From Mycobacterium tuberculosis H37Rv (GTDB lineage Bacteria; Actinomycetota; Actinomycetes; Mycobacteriales; Mycobacteriaceae): 32,000 bases of DNA. A program made the position numbers and the translations under genes. Location: positions 180,001 through 212,000 of the forward strand of contig NC_000962.3 in assembly GCF_000195955.2 (NCBI RefSeq), given 5' to 3'. Numbering within the stretch: the stretch's first letter is position 1; each line of letters begins with the position of its first letter. Below are positions 26,779-32,000 of the stretch, one piece after another. The notes under the pieces were generated by a model, which saw only the letters and a list, made by a program, of their open reading frames with translations, was not told the origin of the DNA and ran no database searches.

Positions 26779-26811
26779 ACCCTGCCGATGCGAATAAGTC
26801 GTCGTCTACGG

Positions 26812-26907
26812 AGGTGAAGGCGGCGGATTCGGCGGAATCTGACGCCGGAGCCGACCAGACTGGCCCGCAGGTGAAGGCGGCGGATTCGGCGGAATCTGAC
26901 GCCGGAG
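26812..26907 (+). repeat. In-frame 39-bp direct repeat with 57-bp period at the 5' end of the Rv0175-type gene
   Basis: AGGTGAAGGCGGCGGATTCGGCGGAATCTGACGCCGGAG at 26812-26850 and 26869-26907, both encoding VKAADSAESDAG. Confidence 0.95.
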
Positions 26908-27455
26908 AGCTCGGCGAGGACGCGTGCCCAGAACAGGCCCTCGTCGAGCGGCGCCCGTCGCGGTTGCGGCGAGGCTGGCTTGTTGGCATTGCGGCGACGC
27001 TGCTCGCGTTGGCCGGTGGCCTTGGCGCAGCGGGTTATTTTGCGTTGCGCTCACACCAGGAAAGCCAATCAATCGCGCGCGAGGACCTTGCGGCCATTGA
27101 GGCCGCTAAGGATTGCGTTGCGGCCACGCAGGCACCCGATGCTGGGGCGATGTCGGCTAGCATGCAGAAGATCATCGAGTGTGGCACCGGTGATTTCGGT
27201 GCCCAGGCGTCGTTGTACACCAGCATGCTCGTCGAGGCGTATCAAGCGGCCAGCGTCCACGTGCAAGTGACCGATATGCGCGCGGCGGTCGAGCGCAACA
27301 ACAATGACGGGTCGGTCGATGTTCTGGTGGCGCTCCGGGTCAAGGTGTCCAACACCGACTCGGATGCCCATGAAGTCGGCTACCGTCTTCGGGTCCGGAT
27401 GGCACTGGATGAGGGCCGCTATAAGATCGCCAAACTCGACCAGGTGACGAAGTGA
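26814..27455 (+). CDS. Mce-associated membrane protein, 213 aa (Rv0175-type); a better-supported start may be at 26748
   Basis: Single TM segment GWLVGIAATLLALAGGLGAAGYF followed by a Mas-type extracytoplasmic domain. Confidence 0.85.
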   Translation: MKAADSAESDAGADQTGPQVKAADSAESDAGELGEDACPEQALVERRPSRLRRGWLVGIAATLLALAGGLGAAGYFALRSHQESQSIAREDLAAIEAAKDCVAATQAPDAGAMSASMQKIIECGTGDFGAQASLYTSMLVEAYQAASVHVQVTDMRAAVERNNNDGSVDVLVALRVKVSNTDSDAHEVGYRLRVRMALDEGRYKIAKLDQVTK

Positions 27456-28420
27456 CGGTGGTGGTCGAGAAGACGCCGACCACCCTGCCCCAGGCGACAC
27501 CGAACGGTGCAGCGCCCTGGCATGTTCGGGCGGGCGCCTTCGCCATCGACGTGCTGCCCGGGCTCGCCGTGGCGGCGACCATGGCGTTGACGGCTTTAAC
27601 GGTGCCGCCGGGCAGCGCGTGGCGGTGGTTATGCGCTTGTCTGCTCGGATTGACCATTCTCCTTCTGGCCGTTAACCGGTTGTTGTTGCCGACGATTACC
27701 GGATGGAGTCTTGGCCGCGCTCTTACCGGCATCCGGGTGGTTCGGCGTGACGGCTCCGCCATCGGTCCGTGGCGGTTGCTGGTCCGGGATTTGGCGCACT
27801 TGGTGGACACCCTCTCGCTGTTTGTGGGTTGGCTGTGGCCGCTGTGGGATTCGCGGCGACGCACCTTCGCCGACCTGTTGTTGCGCACTGAGGTGCGACG
27901 TGTCGAACCGGTGCAGCGGCCCGCGGTGATACGGCGACTGACGGCGGCGGTGGCATTGGCGGCGGCGGGCGCGTGCGCGAGCGCAACCGCGGTGGGCGCT
28001 GCGGTGGTGTACGTCAATGAATGGCAAACCGATCACACTCGCGCGCAGCTCGCAACGCGGGGCCCGAAGCTCGTGGTCGACGTCCTGAGCTACGACCCCG
28101 AAACGGTGCAGCGTGATTTCGAACGGGCGCGATCGCTGGCCACCGACAGGTACCGCCCGCAGCTGAGCATCCAACAGGATTCGGTGCGCGAGTCGGGACC
28201 TGTTCGTAACCAGTACTGGGTTACCGACAGCGCGGTGCTGTCGGCGACACCAGCTCAGGCGACCATGCTGTTGTTCATGCAGGGTGAACGCGGTACACCA
28301 CCCAATCAGCGGTATATTCAGTCAACTGTGCGGGCGATCTTCCAAAAATCGCGCGGGCAATGGCGCCTCGACGATCTGGCAGTCGTGATGAAACCCCGAC
28401 AACCCACCGGCGAAAAATGA
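27452..28420 (+). CDS. Mce-associated RDD-family membrane protein, 322 aa (Rv0176-type)
   Basis: RAGAFAIDVLPGLAVAATMAL...GWSLGRALTGIRVVRRDG...RRRTFADLLLRTEVRR is an RDD-like architecture. Confidence 0.86.
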   Translation: MTVVVEKTPTTLPQATPNGAAPWHVRAGAFAIDVLPGLAVAATMALTALTVPPGSAWRWLCACLLGLTILLLAVNRLLLPTITGWSLGRALTGIRVVRRDGSAIGPWRLLVRDLAHLVDTLSLFVGWLWPLWDSRRRTFADLLLRTEVRRVEPVQRPAVIRRLTAAVALAAAGACASATAVGAAVVYVNEWQTDHTRAQLATRGPKLVVDVLSYDPETVQRDFERARSLATDRYRPQLSIQQDSVRESGPVRNQYWVTDSAVLSATPAQATMLLFMQGERGTPPNQRYIQSTVRAIFQKSRGQWRLDDLAVVMKPRQPTGEK

Positions 28421-28971
28421 GCCCCCGTCGTAAGTTTGAACCCGGCGAGGGGGCGCTGCTGGCCCCGCAGTCAATCGAACCGTCGCGGCGATGGGGTTTG
28501 CCGCTGGCTCTGACCGCATCCGCTGTGGTTATGGCCGCGGCGATCTCAGCCTGTGCGCTCATGCGGATCTCCCATGAATCGCACCAGCGAGCAGCGCACA
28601 AGGATATCGTGATGCTCAGTGATGTCCGATCTTTCATGACCATGTTCACGTCACCGGATCCGTTTCACGCCAACGAATATGCGGAGCGGGTGCTGTCCCA
28701 CGCCACGGGCGACTTCGCCAAGCAGTACCACGAAAGAGCAAACGATATCCTGATTCGCATCTCCGGGGTGGAACCGACCACAGGAACGGTTCTAGACGCG
28801 GGCGTACAGAGGTGGAACGAGGATGGTAGTGCCAACGTGCTGGTGGTCACCCAGATCACCTCGAAATCCGCGGACGGCAAGCGGGTGGTCTCGAACGCCA
28901 ATCGTTGGCTGGTAACGGCTAAGCAGGAAGGTAACGAGTGGAAGATCAGCAGTCTGCTTCCGGTGATCTGA
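28417..28971 (+). CDS. Mce-associated protein, 184 aa (Rv0177-type)
   Basis: ORF from ATG at 28417 overlapping the upstream stop; one TM segment LALTASAVVMAAAISACALM then a Mas-like domain. Confidence 0.85.
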   Translation: MSPRRKFEPGEGALLAPQSIEPSRRWGLPLALTASAVVMAAAISACALMRISHESHQRAAHKDIVMLSDVRSFMTMFTSPDPFHANEYAERVLSHATGDFAKQYHERANDILIRISGVEPTTGTVLDAGVQRWNEDGSANVLVVTQITSKSADGKRVVSNANRWLVTAKQEGNEWKISSLLPVI

Positions 28972-29672
28972 CCCAAAAGTCCGTTGCCAACGGAGAGTCC
29001 ACCGACACGGCATCCGCAGCCACCGAGGGCCACCGGGGCGAGATCGACGCCGCGGGAGAGCCGGACGAACGCGGTGCCGCCGTGGCTGACAGCCAAGCTG
29101 ACGAGGATGATTCGGCCGCGACGGCTGCCAGGGGCGGCAAGACACGGGCAAGACGATCGCGTGGCAGGCGGTTAGCGATCACGGTCGGCGTGGCCGCTGC
29201 GTTGTTCGTGGGCTCGGCAGCGTTCGCTGGTGCGACGGTGGAGCCCTACCTCTCCGAGCGCGCCGTGGTGGCCACCAAGCTCATGGTCGCGCGGACCGCC
29301 GCCAATGCGATCACGACGTTGTGGACCTACACGCCGGAGAACATGGACACCCTGGCCGATCGGGCCGCGAATTACCTCAGCGGTGATTTCGCGGCTCAGT
29401 ACCGCAGATTCGTCGACCAGATCGCCGCAGCAAACAAACAGGCCAAGATTACCAACGATACCGAGGTCACCGGTGCTGCCGTGGAATCGCTGAGCGGCCG
29501 GGATGCCGTTGCCATCGTCTACACCAACACCACGACCACCAGTCCGGTGACCAAGAACATCCCAGCATTGAAGTATCTGTCCTACCGGCTGTTCATGAAG
29601 CGTTATGACGCGCGGTGGCTGGTGACCAGGATGACGACCATCACCTCGCTGGATTTGACGCCGCAGGTGTAG
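28938..29672 (+). CDS. Mce-associated membrane protein, 244 aa (Rv0178-type), GTG start
   Basis: RRLAITVGVAAALFVGSAAFAGATVEPY...; charged Ala/Glu-rich N-terminus and Mas-type C-terminal domain. Confidence 0.85.
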   Translation: MEDQQSASGDLTQKSVANGESTDTASAATEGHRGEIDAAGEPDERGAAVADSQADEDDSAATAARGGKTRARRSRGRRLAITVGVAAALFVGSAAFAGATVEPYLSERAVVATKLMVARTAANAITTLWTYTPENMDTLADRAANYLSGDFAAQYRRFVDQIAAANKQAKITNDTEVTGAAVESLSGRDAVAIVYTNTTTTSPVTKNIPALKYLSYRLFMKRYDARWLVTRMTTITSLDLTPQV

Positions 29673-29702
29673 CGGGACCGAGCCCGCCGGCGCTGCGAAG
29701 CC

Positions 29703-30812
29703 TTAGTTGAACGCCAGCCAGCTGGGCAGCGCCCGCTCATGGGAGTCACAGAGCACCTGACGGGTGTCGCACGATCCTTTCGGCGACCCAGCGCCGGCCC
29801 ACATGCCCCCGGTATCACGGCGCAGAACGATCGCCGATGACCCCCCGCCGTCGAGCAGAATCGCGGTGTCACTACCCAGGCCGCGGAACAGGTCTTGGAT
29901 GTTGTCCGGGGTGTAGTTGCCGCCCTGGAAGATGTACATCTCGTCCTTCTGCTTCGCATAGGCAAGCGCCGTTCGCGCGGCGCTGGGACCGCCGTCGTGG
30001 AGCTGGCCGGTATTGCCGGGGGATAACAGCCCGATTCCGGCCACGGCGACGAACCGTGCATTCTTGTTGAGCAAGTCCTCGATCACCGGAGTGGCAAGAT
30101 CGTAGTCCTGTCTGCTTTTGGGCCGCAAAACATACGGTGCACCACCGACCGGAAGGATCATCGTCGTCAGCGAGCTCCACAACTCATTTCCTCCGGAAAG
30201 GCCCTGCTTTCCGGCGTAGGCGACGGTGCCGGTGACCGCTTGGTTGGCGCGTCCTTGTCCGCGGGTGTTGTCCACGTAGGCGCCCAGCGGTGAGCTGCAG
30301 CCGGTCGACCGCCAGCTGCCCCCCTTTTGTCCGCGAACGTCGAAGAAGTTGGCGTTGACCGCAATGGTGGGTCGCCCCATACGCTGCCACGCCTTAAGCG
30401 GCGGGTAGATCTCGGAGGCTTGCCACAAGCCTTCACCGGTGCGAGCACCTGGGTTGTGTTCGCAGCGCGCCTGGTCTCCAGTGTGGGTGTCTACCAGTAG
30501 ATGTGGTGAAAGCCGTTGGGAGGCATTCTTGATGATCATCAGATGGCCGCCGTTGTTCATCTCGTACCAGTGACCACCTGCGTTGAGCAGCGGCATAGGA
30601 TGACCGCCGCCGAAGTTGTACACCAGGTATGAGCCCCTGGTGGTGGCTATCGCTTGGGCGAGCATCTCGCGCCCGTCGGCGGCGCGGGCGGCCGGCTGCC
30701 CGGTGGTGCAGGCGAGGGCGGCGCACACCGCCAACGCGGCGTAGCAAGCCGTCAATCGGCGCAGGCTGGCAGTCGGTGTCAGCACAGCAACCCTCTCGGC
30801 CCGAATCCACAT
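29703..30812 (-). CDS. lprO: Putative lipoprotein LprO, 369 aa; C-terminal half resembles the phosphodiester glycosidase (NAGPA/DUF2233) family
   Basis: AALAVCAALACTTGQPAARAADG signal-like N-terminus; VNANFFDVRGQKGG...STGCSSPLGAYVDN...LGSDTAILLDGGGSSAIVLRR. Confidence 0.88.
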   Translation of the reverse strand: MWIRAERVAVLTPTASLRRLTACYAALAVCAALACTTGQPAARAADGREMLAQAIATTRGSYLVYNFGGGHPMPLLNAGGHWYEMNNGGHLMIIKNASQRLSPHLLVDTHTGDQARCEHNPGARTGEGLWQASEIYPPLKAWQRMGRPTIAVNANFFDVRGQKGGSWRSTGCSSPLGAYVDNTRGQGRANQAVTGTVAYAGKQGLSGGNELWSSLTTMILPVGGAPYVLRPKSRQDYDLATPVIEDLLNKNARFVAVAGIGLLSPGNTGQLHDGGPSAARTALAYAKQKDEMYIFQGGNYTPDNIQDLFRGLGSDTAILLDGGGSSAIVLRRDTGGMWAGAGSPKGSCDTRQVLCDSHERALPSWLAFN

Positions 30813-30891
30813 GCAACCATCCCAGCATTAGGCACACTGATCACACTGTCAACTTCAGTAACAGCTGCGTGACGGTTCGGCCGCGTTCGAA

Positions 30892-32000
30892 TTACGGTTG
30901 TTCGCTTGAGCTTTCGCGTGCGCTTTGGCGAGCTTGGTATTGAGCTTGGTGTTCCACGGCGATCGCCATCTCGACCGCTCCCGGAATTCGGTGGAAGCTG
31001 CTGCGGTCGTACAGGTGTGTGATGAATCCACCCAGCAACAGCCCGATGATCAGCCCGATCGACGTCATGGTCAGGGCCTGGGACAGGCCGGCGTCGGCGT
31101 TTCCGTTCAGATACAGCAGTGACCGCACACCTAGGAACACCTGGTGCATCGGCTCGAATTGAGCCAACCAGCGGAAGAACGCTGGTACGGCTTCCAGCGG
31201 GACGGTCGCGCCCGCCGACGGCAATCCGAGGATGACGAAGATCAACATGCTGACCAACAGGCCCATCGAGCCCAGCACCGCGATCAGCGAGCTGGACGTG
31301 ACGCCGACCGCTATGATCGCGAATACTCCGTAGAGCCATACTTGCCACCCGAGCGGAATCGGCATGCCCAGGCCGTGGGCGATCGCCAGGTAGACACCCG
31401 AGGTGAGCAACGCCAGCACCACCATCACCGCCCACTTGACCAACAGCGTACGGAAGCGAGAGATGTTGACCTGCTCGGCGAAGCGATAGACGGGGCCGAA
31501 TTCGGCTGGTACATAGCCAAGCATCGAGTCCACCAGGGTGCTCACCACGATGCTGCCGGTAAAGCCCGCCAATAGCAGCAAGAGGGCGTAGTAAAACGCC
31601 GACAGCCCGTTGCCGGTGCCGTTGGGCAGTGGGTTATAGGCGGTGGATTTGACATCGATGGGACTGGCCAGCCCGGCCGCCGCCGCCCCGGCCAGTGCCA
31701 CACCGCCGGTCTGGGCCGCTACCTCCGCGGTAAGTCGCTCGCCCACTTTGCCGTTGACCACCGTCAGTGCCCGGGTCAGCGTCTGGCCGGCGATGCTAGC
31801 TGCCAGCGTGCCCGCCCGCGGATTCGTTGAGATCGTGATCGCGGGCCGGTCTGTGCGGGTTGGCGTCACCGCACTCGCCCCGAAGTCCCGTAGCTGCGAC
31901 GAGAAGGTCGGCGGTATCAGCGCCGAGCCGTACACCGCCGCGGTGTCGAGCAGCCGCCTGGCCTCGTCCGGCGAAACCACTCGGATGTCGAACTTGTTCT
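30892..32000 (-). CDS. Multi-TM conserved membrane protein, 3' portion only (Rv0180c-type); start lies beyond the right edge
   Basis: Open frame to the window edge with at least five TM-like segments (e.g. LLVKWAVMVVLALLTSGVYLAIAHGL, VWLYGVFAIIAVGVTSSSLIAVLGSMGLLVSMLIFVILGLPSAG); resembles YhgE/Pip-like exporters. Confidence 0.85.
   Translation of the reverse strand, partial: NKFDIRVVSPDEARRLLDTAAVYGSALIPPTFSSQLRDFGASAVTPTRTDRPAITISTNPRAGTLAASIAGQTLTRALTVVNGKVGERLTAEVAAQTGGVALAGAAAAGLASPIDVKSTAYNPLPNGTGNGLSAFYYALLLLLAGFTGSIVVSTLVDSMLGYVPAEFGPVYRFAEQVNISRFRTLLVKWAVMVVLALLTSGVYLAIAHGLGMPIPLGWQVWLYGVFAIIAVGVTSSSLIAVLGSMGLLVSMLIFVILGLPSAGATVPLEAVPAFFRWLAQFEPMHQVFLGVRSLLYLNGNADAGLSQALTMTSIGLIIGLLLGGFITHLYDRSSFHRIPGAVEMAIAVEHQAQYQARQSARESSSEQP

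Noticed and set aside
26812-26907. Possible CRISPR or mobile-element repeat
   Set aside because: Only two copies, 57-bp period, in frame within a coding sequence; no spacers, cas genes or terminal inverted repeats.
29672-29687. GCGGG...CCCGC stem between the last Mce-associated gene and lprO
   Set aside because: Only 5-bp arms and no U-tract; too weak to call a bidirectional terminator.
1-32000. Search for a novel defence, biosynthetic or mobile system
   Set aside because: Almost all coding space is explained by the known mce1 locus and neighbouring metabolic and PE genes; no unexplained multi-gene cassette remains.

Overview
The window is recognisably Mycobacterium tuberculosis complex DNA, the PE2-to-Rv0180c region with the mce1 operon. 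This identification rests on protein sequences and gene order recalled from the literature; no search was run. From left to right it holds: the 5' part of PE2 (minus), ptbB and fadE2 (minus), pntAa-pntAb-pntB, a small Rv0157A-like ORF (minus), a TetR regulator, PE3 and PE4 (minus), an FAD-linked oxidase, adhE1 (minus), a thioesterase-like protein, TB18.5, mce1R (minus), the mce1 operon (fadD5-yrbE1A-yrbE1B-mce1A-mce1B-mce1C-mce1D-lprK-mce1F plus four Mce-associated genes), lprO (minus) and the 3' part of Rv0180c (minus). I saw no CRISPR array, RNA gene, insertion sequence or prophage, and no evidence of an undescribed defence or mobile system. The most useful observations are signs of gene decay and small regulatory structures: (1) PE2 appears to carry several indels, with its canonical PE start out of frame with the annotated-type ORF; (2) mce1R is apparently frameshifted in its C-terminal FCD domain and probably has an over-extended start; (3) a degraded DUF1348/NTF2-like gene fragment lies upstream of pntAa; (4) the fadD5-yrbE1A spacer contains a perfect 8+8 bp inverted repeat and a 13-codon leader ORF behind an excellent Shine-Dalgarno; (5) inverted repeats in several promoter spacers are candidate operators.
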